Shown here: piece by piece, positions 35,289-43,380 of the stretch
How the letters are laid out: each line of letters begins with the position of its first letter
Position numbering within the stretch: position 1 is the stretch's first letter
Assembly (NCBI GenBank): GCA_017853605.1
Contig: JAFMJG010000001.1
Coordinates: 1-55,906, forward strand
From: a bacterium
Lineage (GTDB): Bacteria; Bdellovibrionota_C; UBA2361; OMII01
DNA: 55,906 nucleotides
Reading direction: 5' to 3'
The notes under the pieces: generated by a model
The model's input: the letters and a program-made list of their open reading frames with translations, nothing else
Told to the model about the DNA's origin: nothing
The model's database searches: none
Position numbers and translations under genes: made by a program

Positions 35289-36928
35289 GATGCCGCGGGC
35301 TGCTCTCCGCTAGCCGCATGAGGGGCGGAACTGGTGGGGAGGCCAAGCGAGATGACGCCGTGCGCGATGCGCGCGAAGGCCTCGCCGAGCAGCGCCCTGC
35401 CCTGCACGAACGCCATGCGCGTCCGGTGCTCCTGGTCGTGAGCCGATGCCGGGGCGCTAAGGCCAACGAGGCGGGCGGCAGCAGAGATGCGCTCGGCCGG
35501 AATGCTCTCGAGGCTTGAGTGGGCGCGGATGAGGGCCTCAAACGCCGCAAACACCTCGCTCTCGGTGTTGACTGCGTTGCCTTCGTGGCCCAGCTCGGCG
35601 AAGGCGGCGCGGAGAAAGAAGCCGTTTAGCCCGTTGGAGTGGCACGGTGCCAGGAGCACGCCGCACCGGTCCTGGCCACCTTGGCCAGGCCGGGCGAGGG
35701 CGCCGAAGAAGCGGGTGAGATCGAGGTCGCTTCGGATCGTTTCGGAGACGATCCCGCCCTCGCCGCAGAGCGGCGAGAAGTCGAGCATGATTGAGTGCCC
35801 CGCCTGCGGAACAACCGGGATGCGGATGGCATCCCTGCCGAGGGCCTGGCGTGACAGGTGGTTTACCTGCGCAACGAGCGACTGGACAAGCTCGCAGCGG
35901 TGTTGGCACTCTTGCCGGTCCAGATCGAGGTAGCGCTGCGGGGTCTTCAGCGCCTCAGCCGCTGCTCGCTGGGTGAGGATCGGTACGAGCGTCACCGAGT
36001 GCTCGGTAAAGTGGATGATCTCGCGAATGAGGCGCTCTGGTCCACACGCCCAGCCGATGCGCAGGTCGGCGCATCCGCGGGTCTTTGACCCGCTGTGGGC
36101 CGTCACAACCAGCTCCTCCATGCCAGGCAGCGACGCTAAAGAAACCATCTCTGTTGCGCCGAACACGCAATCGCGAAAGACCTCATCAACGAAGACCGGC
36201 AGCGAGCGCCGCTTCACCGCTGCGGCGAGGCCCAGGAGCTCATCGCGCGTGTGCACTGAGCCTATCGTCGAGGGATTGGTGAGGAGGAGCAGCTTTGCTC
36301 TCGAGGCCTTCTCCGGATTCCTTAAGAACCAACGGTCAAGGTCCTCGCCTGTCAGCTTGAGGCCGTTCTCCACAGATGTCGGCACCACCTCAAGGGAGGC
36401 TTCCCACTTGACGGTAAAGTCGGCAAAGGCGTGGTAGAAGGGCGCTGCAGTAAGCACAAGGTCACCTGGCTTGAGCAGCGCCGAAAAGAGCCCATCAAGG
36501 ATGTGGCTGCTCCCCGCGCCGATGCAGATGTTGTCGGGCTGAACCCAGTCGATGCCGCACTGGTCGCGGAAGAATCGCTGCAGCTCCTGGGCGAGACCGG
36601 GCCACGGAAGATCGAAGGAGTACGTGCCGGGCTGGTACTCCTGTGGCGAGAAGAGCGACTCCTGGATGTTGAGCAGCACTCCCGGGTGCGGTCGCCGCAG
36701 GGATCCCCCTTCAGCGAGCGAGATGACAGAGGGAAACCCATCGCGGCCCTTGGCTTGCTTGCTCTTGGTATCAAAGCCCCACAGCACACGGCGCACAGCC
36801 GCCAGGCGTTGTGAGTGGGTGTTGGTGTTGCCGTCCCCAGAGTGGCTGCAGCTCACTGAAACGGGGCGAGGGCAGGAGGGGTGGTGGCGAGGAGATGGGG
36901 TGCTACTACTAGTCATATGTAACTGCAT
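35285..36928 (-). CDS. Class I/II PLP-dependent aminotransferase-fold enzyme with long N- and C-terminal extensions
   Basis: 'GAGSSHILDGLFSALLKPGDLVLTAAPFYHAF'. 'LLLTNPSTIGSVHTRDEL...VFVDEVFRD'. PLP-lysine block 'SGSKTRGCADLRIGWA'. 547 aa, compared with about 400 aa for typical family members. Confidence 0.75.
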   Translation of the reverse strand: MQLHMTSSSTPSPRHHPSCPRPVSVSCSHSGDGNTNTHSQRLAAVRRVLWGFDTKSKQAKGRDGFPSVISLAEGGSLRRPHPGVLLNIQESLFSPQEYQPGTYSFDLPWPGLAQELQRFFRDQCGIDWVQPDNICIGAGSSHILDGLFSALLKPGDLVLTAAPFYHAFADFTVKWEASLEVVPTSVENGLKLTGEDLDRWFLRNPEKASRAKLLLLTNPSTIGSVHTRDELLGLAAAVKRRSLPVFVDEVFRDCVFGATEMVSLASLPGMEELVVTAHSGSKTRGCADLRIGWACGPERLIREIIHFTEHSVTLVPILTQRAAAEALKTPQRYLDLDRQECQHRCELVQSLVAQVNHLSRQALGRDAIRIPVVPQAGHSIMLDFSPLCGEGGIVSETIRSDLDLTRFFGALARPGQGGQDRCGVLLAPCHSNGLNGFFLRAAFAELGHEGNAVNTESEVFAAFEALIRAHSSLESIPAERISAAARLVGLSAPASAHDQEHRTRMAFVQGRALLGEAFARIAHGVISLGLPTSSAPHAASGEQPAAS

Positions 36929-36949
36929 GGATATACAAAGCGCGGCTTT

Positions 36950-36977
36950 TATATATCAAACACGCCACGATAGTAAA
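36950..36977 (-). promoter_or_regulatory. Candidate sigma-70-type promoter inside an AT-rich island upstream of the aminotransferase gene
   Basis: The minus strand reads TTTACT (36977-36972), a 16-nt spacer, then TATATA (36955-36950). This is about 22 nt upstream of the first ATG (36928). Confidence 0.3.
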
Positions 36978-37269
36978 CCCACTAGGTTACCTGATGTATT
37001 TATTCAACATGTTGTTACTATGAGGGATTAGAGAGTTAAGGTCAGCAATCCGGTCAGCAGCGAAAGGCGAACCTGCCCCCGCTCTTACGGATGCAGACCC
37101 CAGATGTACACAAACGTCGGTGACTCCGGCCGGCCATCCTTCACCCACGCGGGGCTCGCTGAACGTGGCGACCAAGTAAGCAGGCTTTTTGGGTCGGTCC
37201 GTTGCGCAGCTTCGTTACAGCACCTTCAGCATTGCTCGCGGTTTCTGTGCCGGATCGCCCGCACCCCGC

Positions 37270-38658
37270 CTAGCCTCTGATTCGCAGCAGCCCAACGAGC
37301 ACCATCCTCAGGAGCTGCCAGCCGTGCCTAAAACGGCTGATGTTCGTCTCGCCGTACGTGCGCGCCCGGTAGGGCACCGGGAGATCCACTATTCCGAGAC
37401 CGAATATCGCCGCAGGAAAGAGGAGCTCGAAGTCGCCAAAAGGGTCGAAGTTGCCGAAGTCTCGTCTCCAGCTCCTCATGCGCTCATAGTCGTGGCGCCT
37501 GAGAAGCTTGGTGCCGCACAGCGTGTCGCCGAGAGGGCAGTCGAGAACGAAGCCCACAGCCTTGGCGAAAAAAATGTTCCCGAGCCGGTTGAGCGGCCGC
37601 ATTGCGCCCGGCTCCATCGGGTACAGCAGCCGGTCCCCGTTAATAAAGTCCCCCGCACCGGATCGGTACGCGTCGTAAAAGCGCGACAGGCACTCGGGAG
37701 GCACCGTTGCGTCGGCGTCGAGAATGGCCAGCAGGTCTCCCGTCGCGTGGCTAAAGCCAAGACGCACGGCATCCCCCTTGCCAATACCTGGCTGCCTGAA
37801 CGCACGAACCCTCCACGGTCGGCCATGGTGCGCGATGGCATCCTGAATCTCCGCCCACGTTCCGTCATGCGAGTGGCCCTCGACAAAGATGACCTCCACC
37901 TCCACTCCAGGAAATGCGGGAAGATCACCGAGAACCCTGTTAATTGTCCCGCGCTCATTTCGCGCCGGCACCACGATCGAGAGGGATGGGGGAGCAAGCT
38001 CGGCCTTTTTGGGCCGCAAGACCAGCACCTGATGAGTGGCGAGCCGCCGAAAAAAAGGGAGGGCGCAGAATAGGGAATTTATCACGTCACCGGCTCCGCC
38101 CAGCCGCCACGGAATAAAGGCCGCGGGCTGCAGGCGGACGACCTCCAGGCTTGAGAGCTTTGCGACGTCTCTGAGCGCTGCTTCGGTCAGGAAGGTTCCC
38201 GGCGCGCGTTGTTCGCGGCCAAGCGCCCGGCGGGTGGCATCCGCGAGCCAGGCGATGTAGGGGCTGTGGAGCACGGCCACTATGCGGCCGCCGCGCGGAA
38301 TCGCGGCGTGCAGGTCGCTAAGAGTCCCGAGCAGGTCAGGCACGTGGGTCAAGCTGCCGTCCAGGATGATGCATGGGGATTGGGCATCAAGCTCGCACGC
38401 CGACGCAAGCTGGGAGGCGCTCTCAGCCACCGATGAGGGTGGAATGCCAAGGACCATGGAGAGCGAGGGGGTGTCGGACGGCTGGATCCTGAGCGCCAAA
38501 ATCTGGGAAGCGTAGCGGGTAATCTTCTGGAGCTCCTTGATGACGCGTTTGGGGAGAGGCTTGAGAGCTGTCATGGACGAGGTTCTCCCCTGCTCACCCC
38601 GAGCGCCCAGGATGCGGGCGTCGCCAGGCCCAGAGGGGCCGAGTGCCGTGAGCCGCAT
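37270..38658 (-). CDS. Bifunctional-looking protein: degenerate methyltransferase-like N-half + family 2 glycosyltransferase C-half
   Basis: GT2 motifs 'LSIVVPARNERGTINRVLGDL...VIFVEGHSHDGT...GKGDAVRLGFSHATGDLLAILDADATV'. The N-half 'ILDGSLTHVPDLLGTLSDLHAAIPRGGRIVAVLHSP' resembles the post-motif-I part of class I methyltransferases. Confidence 0.75.
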   Translation of the reverse strand: MRLTALGPSGPGDARILGARGEQGRTSSMTALKPLPKRVIKELQKITRYASQILALRIQPSDTPSLSMVLGIPPSSVAESASQLASACELDAQSPCIILDGSLTHVPDLLGTLSDLHAAIPRGGRIVAVLHSPYIAWLADATRRALGREQRAPGTFLTEAALRDVAKLSSLEVVRLQPAAFIPWRLGGAGDVINSLFCALPFFRRLATHQVLVLRPKKAELAPPSLSIVVPARNERGTINRVLGDLPAFPGVEVEVIFVEGHSHDGTWAEIQDAIAHHGRPWRVRAFRQPGIGKGDAVRLGFSHATGDLLAILDADATVPPECLSRFYDAYRSGAGDFINGDRLLYPMEPGAMRPLNRLGNIFFAKAVGFVLDCPLGDTLCGTKLLRRHDYERMRSWRRDFGNFDPFGDFELLFPAAIFGLGIVDLPVPYRARTYGETNISRFRHGWQLLRMVLVGLLRIRG

Positions 38659-38670
38659 CCTTCTTCCATG

Positions 38671-40074
38671 CTACGTCCACCCCCGATTCAGCAGGAAGAT
38701 CTTGAATATCATCGAAACAAGCGCCCAGTACAGGAGCGCATAGCATCCAAGGCGCGCGAAACGCTGCACTCTCGGGCTTGCGGCAGCAGTGAGTCCGGAT
38801 GGCTCGAGGGGCAGCACGAGGAGAATTATCCAGGCCACGATCGACGGCTGAACGAACCTGTAGTTTGCGCACACGAACCACTGCTTGACCCAGGTGAAGG
38901 CAACGAGGGACGCAACCGGCACGGCTAGCATGATGAGGAGCGGCCAGGCATCTGGAGGGGCGAGCCTCGCTGCCAGGTTTCGTGCGGAGCGGGCGAGGGG
39001 CTCCGCGGCGGCTTGCGACGCCTTGAGGCTCCTGATAGCTGAGGCGCACTTCTGCGCTACCAGCACGATCAGCATGAGGAGCTGGGCGAGGACGAGCGCC
39101 ACCCATGCTCGACCGAGCGCCACCCGGTACGTGCCTAACGACGGGTGCTCAGTAAACAGTGCCGTCTTGAATGCGAACTCGAGTGCGGAATTGCTCCTTG
39201 GCGCCCCGACAGAGAGGGGGCTCGCAAGCAAGCTAAGGGGATTGAAAGCCGAGATCTCCCTGAGAGGCAGCGGATCGGGGCCCCGTCCCCCGATGTGCTT
39301 TATGGGCAGCTGAATGTCGTATGCCTGGTAGTAGAGCCACCGGGATCCGTTGATAGTTGCTCCAATCAGCAGACAAGCCACGATGGCGAGCCCCCACCGT
39401 GTGCGCTGCCTTGCATCAGCCGGAATTCGCACACGGCCGGCGAGCAGGCCGCAAGAGACGCCGACCAGAGCAAGAAAGAGGGGCGCGAGAGCGGAGGTCT
39501 TGAGAGCGAGCCCGAGGAGCGAGACAGCGATGGCCCAGCAATAATCGCTCCCGCACCCCTTGAGAAAGCCGCGAGCGACGTAAAACTGGGCAGCGGCGTA
39601 GATCGGGAAGACCGCAGAGTCAGAGTTAAAGCGCGTGGCAAGCTCCGCGTTTGACGGCCAGACAACGAGAAGGATGGAGGCGATGATAAGGGAGCTGCCA
39701 GAGAGGAACATCCGCAGTGTGCGAAGCCCGAAGTGGATGTAGATCAGGTACAGGGCGATCGAGAGCAGCCGGCGTCCGGAGAGTCCCTTGACGTGGAGGG
39801 GCGCTACTACGCTGTCGAAGAGAGCGCCGAAGTAGTAGTAAGTTGGGGGATGCCATGACTCTAGGCTGGTGTACCCGAATGGGTCCCACGGGTTCTGCTT
39901 GATGTGTGCCAGGTAATCGTGATGGCCCTTGAGGTCGTTCCCATTCTGGCCAGGCTTAAAGAAGAGGAAGCAGAGGCAGATGCCGAGGGCCACGAGCATG
40001 AAAAGAGCGTGCCACCCCCAGCTGGGCATGGTCTTGAACCGGGCAAGAAGGGATCGGCGCAGGCTATCTAGCAT
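38671..40074 (-). CDS. Polytopic membrane protein, GT-C-fold (ArnT/PMT-like) glycosyltransferase candidate
   Basis: 467 aa with at least 10 hydrophobic segments. It lies immediately upstream of the GT2 gene, 13 nt apart and co-directional. The family call rests on architecture and context only. Confidence 0.5.
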   Translation of the reverse strand: MLDSLRRSLLARFKTMPSWGWHALFMLVALGICLCFLFFKPGQNGNDLKGHHDYLAHIKQNPWDPFGYTSLESWHPPTYYYFGALFDSVVAPLHVKGLSGRRLLSIALYLIYIHFGLRTLRMFLSGSSLIIASILLVVWPSNAELATRFNSDSAVFPIYAAAQFYVARGFLKGCGSDYCWAIAVSLLGLALKTSALAPLFLALVGVSCGLLAGRVRIPADARQRTRWGLAIVACLLIGATINGSRWLYYQAYDIQLPIKHIGGRGPDPLPLREISAFNPLSLLASPLSVGAPRSNSALEFAFKTALFTEHPSLGTYRVALGRAWVALVLAQLLMLIVLVAQKCASAIRSLKASQAAAEPLARSARNLAARLAPPDAWPLLIMLAVPVASLVAFTWVKQWFVCANYRFVQPSIVAWIILLVLPLEPSGLTAAASPRVQRFARLGCYALLYWALVSMIFKIFLLNRGWT

Positions 40075-40329
40075 CCTGTCTCTTGTATCGACGCGACAGC
40101 AAACCGACTGCAGTTAAGCTCCCCACCCGCCAGGTCCGGCGCCCTCTGCTACCGTAGCAAATGACGGCGGCGGCGGGTCTGCCAAGCGATTCCTTGCCCT
40201 TACGGCGCCTTGGCCCTAATGAACAGCGCGAGGAGGCGTTTTAAAATGAGGGCTTCGAGGAAGGAGGAGCAGCCCACCTACGGGCGCTGCGGGTGCGATC
40301 AACCGCTGCTGTATGATGCCTGCACGGAT

Positions 40330-41646
40330 CTACCAGGTGTGAAATATCCTCATTGGCATTCCAAGCTCCAGCGAGCGCACGAAGGTACCCAGCATGTGCG
40401 CCGTGCCGCTAACCAGATTAGCGGCGCTCCGCTGCCGGTGCGGCAGCGACGGGTCAAGGAACCCGTACTCATGCCGGGAGAAGCTCAAATCGGCGCGTGA
40501 AAGGATCTCGGCTGCCTCCTGGATGCGAGCGCTGAAGCTCGGGAAGTGTGCGAGCTCCTGCCGGGTGAAGGCTTCAGCAAGGCCGTTGTCCTTCCAGCGC
40601 GGGATCTCTTCGGCGTACCACTTGAAGCGCTCGATGTCCTTGAGCACTAGCGTCTCCCCCTGAGGGGACTCGCCGTGAAAGAGCCGGCCGTTGGCGTCCC
40701 ATCCGGCAAACTGTACCCCCTCGGGCGCGAGCCCCGCTCCCGCCAGCAAAAAAAGGAGATCCGCATCAGAACGCCCGAACGCCAGAGGCTGCTCGGTGCC
40801 ATCTGCCACCCTGTCAAACACCGGAGCCTTCACGACACCGACCTGGCCAGCGTAGGGGCTCTGCGATATGACAGAAAGAAGCCGCAGGCCCTCCGAGCCG
40901 CCGGGGGCCTCAGGGAACACCGCGTTGGCGGGCGATCCCAGGAGGTCCCTGACCAGAGGCGCCGCGAGCGCCATGCCGTTCTCGTTCGGAGTCGCTGGCA
41001 CGTCACCGTCGCAGCGGCCCGTGGCGTAGCCCATGAGGAGCCTCGCTAGGCCAAGCCGCCCGGAAGGTGTCAGGAGGGGTGTGCGCACGGAACGGCCAGA
41101 CATCCTGTGCTGCCTCTGGAGCGCAGCAAACTCGGTGTCATCCGACAGGTCAGCCCTGGTGCGAATGGGAACAGGAGCGGCAGCGACAAGCCTGCTGCGG
41201 ATCGCTCCCTCGAGGAGCATGCGCATGGAGCCTTGGCCCATCCTGCTGTCATCGTCGAGCTTGATCGAGAAGTCCGCCGGGCCGTCAGTCCTCGCCGCAC
41301 ACCTCACGCCCTCATTAAAGGAGTGTGCCGCGCTGTGGCGGGCTGCTGCCTCGACGTGCAGCGGGTGCCCAAGTGATCGCCCGATGTCGCCGATCTCGGC
41401 GGCGGTCAGGCCGAAATTCACCAGCACGAGCTTCCTAATCCGGTAGCCATCCCCATTGTCGGCGACTATTTGGCGCAGGGAGCGACGGGCCGTCGGAATG
41501 CGGGAGGGATCTCCGGCTGCCATGATGAAATCAGCGTTCGGCACGCCCCCGCGCTCAACCCGAGCGAAGAAATCGGCATCCCCGGCGCAGTGGAGGAGGT
41601 GCTCTCGCTGGAGCCTCATCTGTTCGGAGGTGGTCAAGGGCAGCAT
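40330..41646 (-). CDS. Hypothetical protein, possibly GT-A-like
   Basis: 438-aa ORF. 'DFIMAAGDPSRIPTARRSLRQIV', 'SFNEGVRCA' and 'IKLDDDSRMGQG' loosely follow the GT-A order (beta1 / ...N.G / DxD). It is co-directional with the two downstream glycosylation genes. Confidence 0.4.
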   Translation of the reverse strand: MLPLTTSEQMRLQREHLLHCAGDADFFARVERGGVPNADFIMAAGDPSRIPTARRSLRQIVADNGDGYRIRKLVLVNFGLTAAEIGDIGRSLGHPLHVEAAARHSAAHSFNEGVRCAARTDGPADFSIKLDDDSRMGQGSMRMLLEGAIRSRLVAAAPVPIRTRADLSDDTEFAALQRQHRMSGRSVRTPLLTPSGRLGLARLLMGYATGRCDGDVPATPNENGMALAAPLVRDLLGSPANAVFPEAPGGSEGLRLLSVISQSPYAGQVGVVKAPVFDRVADGTEQPLAFGRSDADLLFLLAGAGLAPEGVQFAGWDANGRLFHGESPQGETLVLKDIERFKWYAEEIPRWKDNGLAEAFTRQELAHFPSFSARIQEAAEILSRADLSFSRHEYGFLDPSLPHRQRSAANLVSGTAHMLGTFVRSLELGMPMRIFHTW

Positions 41647-41752
41647 ACGGATACCGTTATCGCACGGCAGCTTGTCGGTGAAGCCTTAAATCGGCGCGGC
41701 GGAAAAAGCGGCTGACTTCTGGCATCTTTTCTGTTCTGCGCCGCCGCCATCC

Positions 41753-42112
41753 TTAGCGCTTAGATGCCGTAACCGTTCGGCAACCGCCGGCGATCCTGTT
41801 TACGTGGATATCGATTAGCTTGATAAATATGCCCCGCGTTCCCGGTGCTGGGCACTCAACCGTATAGGAACGGGTGTAGTCGCGGTAGCGGCGCTGCACC
41901 GAAAACGCGCGCGTGCTCGGGGGAAGTGTGACGCGCTCTCCTGGCCGCAGGGAGGAGCTCACTCCGCCCCCCGAAACGGATATGACGTTAAATTCCCTGT
42001 CTTGAGAGTCGTTTTTGACCATTATGCGCCCGGCAGGCGCGCGATCCCCAGAGCACGCGGCGCAGGCGATGGCGGCAAGGGTGCAGAGCGTAACGCGGCA
42101 GGGCAGGTTCAT
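41753..42112 (-). CDS. Small secreted protein / putative lipoprotein
   Basis: The internal ATG at 42112 gives 'MNLPCRVTLCTLAAIACAACSGDR...', which is signal-peptide and lipobox-like. The longer track ORF (to 42280) adds a Lys/Arg-rich, non-protein-like leader. Confidence 0.5.
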   Translation of the reverse strand: MNLPCRVTLCTLAAIACAACSGDRAPAGRIMVKNDSQDREFNVISVSGGGVSSSLRPGERVTLPPSTRAFSVQRRYRDYTRSYTVECPAPGTRGIFIKLIDIHVNRIAGGCRTVTASKR

Positions 42113-42228
42113 TGGGTGTTGGGCCGTCCAGAGGCTTCCGTTCTTTCCTGATCGCTTTCGGCTGGCAGGGATCGTACGGGGCGAAAGCGCAGTGTTCAGG
42201 GCGGATCCTTTCTTTTTTTTGCGCTCCT

Positions 42229-42244
42229 TGCAAGGCAACGCCCA
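42229..42244 (-). promoter_or_regulatory. Candidate sigma-54 (-24/-12) promoter upstream of the small lipoprotein-like gene
   Basis: The minus strand reads TGGGCGTTGCCTTGCA. TGG is at -24, with a perfect TTGCA -12 element at the canonical spacing. It lies about 115 nt upstream of the ATG at 42112. Confidence 0.25.
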
Positions 42245-42422
42245 ACTTTTCTCGGGTCGATTGCTGTTGAAAGGGCACATGCCTCCGTGAGCTCATCATA
42301 TCCGTAGGCATGTAGCGTTCGCGGCGGCGATGCGCCCTAGCCGGAGGCCCCCTGCTGAGTAGTTGGGGCAACTCGGGCCAGGACTGCCGGTCGGACACAA
42401 AAAGTTGTGGAGGGGTTTCTCT

Positions 42423-43145
42423 ATGGTTAATCGACGCGTGTCTCTTGTCTCATGTTGCTCTGTGCTCTCTCTAGTTTCTCATGCAGCGCGAATAACGGGC
42501 ATTTTTGCGGTGGCCGCCACGGCGCTCACAGCACCGGGCGAGGCGCTTGCGCAGGCAGGGGGTAACCAAACCTTTCTCTGCCAGCCGGCTATCGACCCAC
42601 GGTGTTCGCCCAAGATCGTGCGCGGCCCGAGCGTCGTACGCACGGGGTTGACCGGCCTTGCGCTGAAGAGCCCCTCTCATGTTTTTAACGCCCCCGGGAA
42701 TCTGATTCTGAACTCCGCGATCGTAGCGGGGGGATTCTGCGGCAGGACGGGCCAGCCGGCGTGTCCAGAGAAGCGCTACGAGTCTGGGGTTGCGTTCAAG
42801 GCGGACACAGCTTCGGTGGTGATCAATGCCCGCGGAACGAGCTTGGGCCTGAGCAGCGACCCTGGGCAGGCGTGTGGCATGCTCTATATCGATATCCTCA
42901 AGAAGGAGGGGAACACTGAGACCCTTGTGTCGAGCGAGCTTCTTGGGCAGTCGTGCGACTCTTTGCCGCAGGCACACACCTTTAGCTTTACGGCTGCAGG
43001 GCTAGAAGTTGGCAAGGACTACGTTGCCAAGGGGCGGCTCTACTGCCTCTACGGCGCTATTCAGCCGAACGGCAGCTTCATCTGCACCTCAGGCCCGGTC
43101 AATATGCAGGTCGTCTCTCCCTTTGGGACCTACACTGCTCCGTAA
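42423..43145 (+). CDS. Secreted Cys-containing hypothetical protein
   Basis: The ATG at 42423 gives 'MVNRRVSLVSCCSVLSLVSHAARITGIFAVAATALTAPGEALAQ', signal-peptide-like. It is followed by a 15-bp perfect-stem hairpin. Confidence 0.5.
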   Translation: MVNRRVSLVSCCSVLSLVSHAARITGIFAVAATALTAPGEALAQAGGNQTFLCQPAIDPRCSPKIVRGPSVVRTGLTGLALKSPSHVFNAPGNLILNSAIVAGGFCGRTGQPACPEKRYESGVAFKADTASVVINARGTSLGLSSDPGQACGMLYIDILKKEGNTETLVSSELLGQSCDSLPQAHTFSFTAAGLEVGKDYVAKGRLYCLYGAIQPNGSFICTSGPVNMQVVSPFGTYTAP

Positions 43146-43179
43146 TGCCTCCTGAGAGGAGCGTGTAACGGGCGCAAAA

Positions 43180-43227
43180 CAGGGGGCGCCTAGCGCGGGG
43201 TTTGTGGCCCCAGCTAGGCGCCCCCTG
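43180..43227 (+). terminator. 15-bp perfect-stem hairpin (probable terminator or processing structure)
   Basis: CAGGGGGCGCCTAGC (43180-43194), an 18-nt loop, then GCTAGGCGCCCCCTG (43213-43227). The trailing sequence is CCTTTGTGG, a weak U-tract. It starts 35 nt after the stop at 43145. Confidence 0.5.
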
Positions 43228-43239
43228 CCTTTGTGGCGC

Positions 43240-43255
43240 TGGCACGATAGAGGCT
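43240..43255 (+). promoter_or_regulatory. Candidate sigma-54 (-24/-12) promoter upstream of the Memo-family gene
   Basis: TGGCACGATAGAGGCT. The -24 element TGGCACG is perfect, and GC sits at the canonical spacing (GG-N10-GC), though the -12 element reads AGGCT rather than TTGCA. It lies about 125 nt upstream of the ATG at 43381. Confidence 0.35.
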
Positions 43256-43380
43256 AGCCGCACAGACAGGACTACTCTGCCGGAGCGGGCCACACGCCCT
43301 GTAGTGCCGAGATAGTGACCGGGAGACTTTGGGTGGCGCTGGCCGTCCAGTCGGCGCTAGAATATTGAAGCGCCCTGCGT

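Noticed and set aside
40120-40150. 'GCCAGGTCCGG' resembling part of the SRP (4.5S) RNA conserved helix.
   Set aside because: The adjoining GGAAGGAAGCAGCC-type motif and the complementary strand of the helix are absent.
37561-40750. A7/T7 homopolymer tracts inside the glycosylation genes (near 37565, 38047 and 40741) as possible phase-variation switches.
   Set aside because: Each tract simply encodes Phe-Phe or Leu-Phe-Leu in the intact reading frame. Seven bases is short for slipped-strand switching, and there is no evidence of alternative frames.
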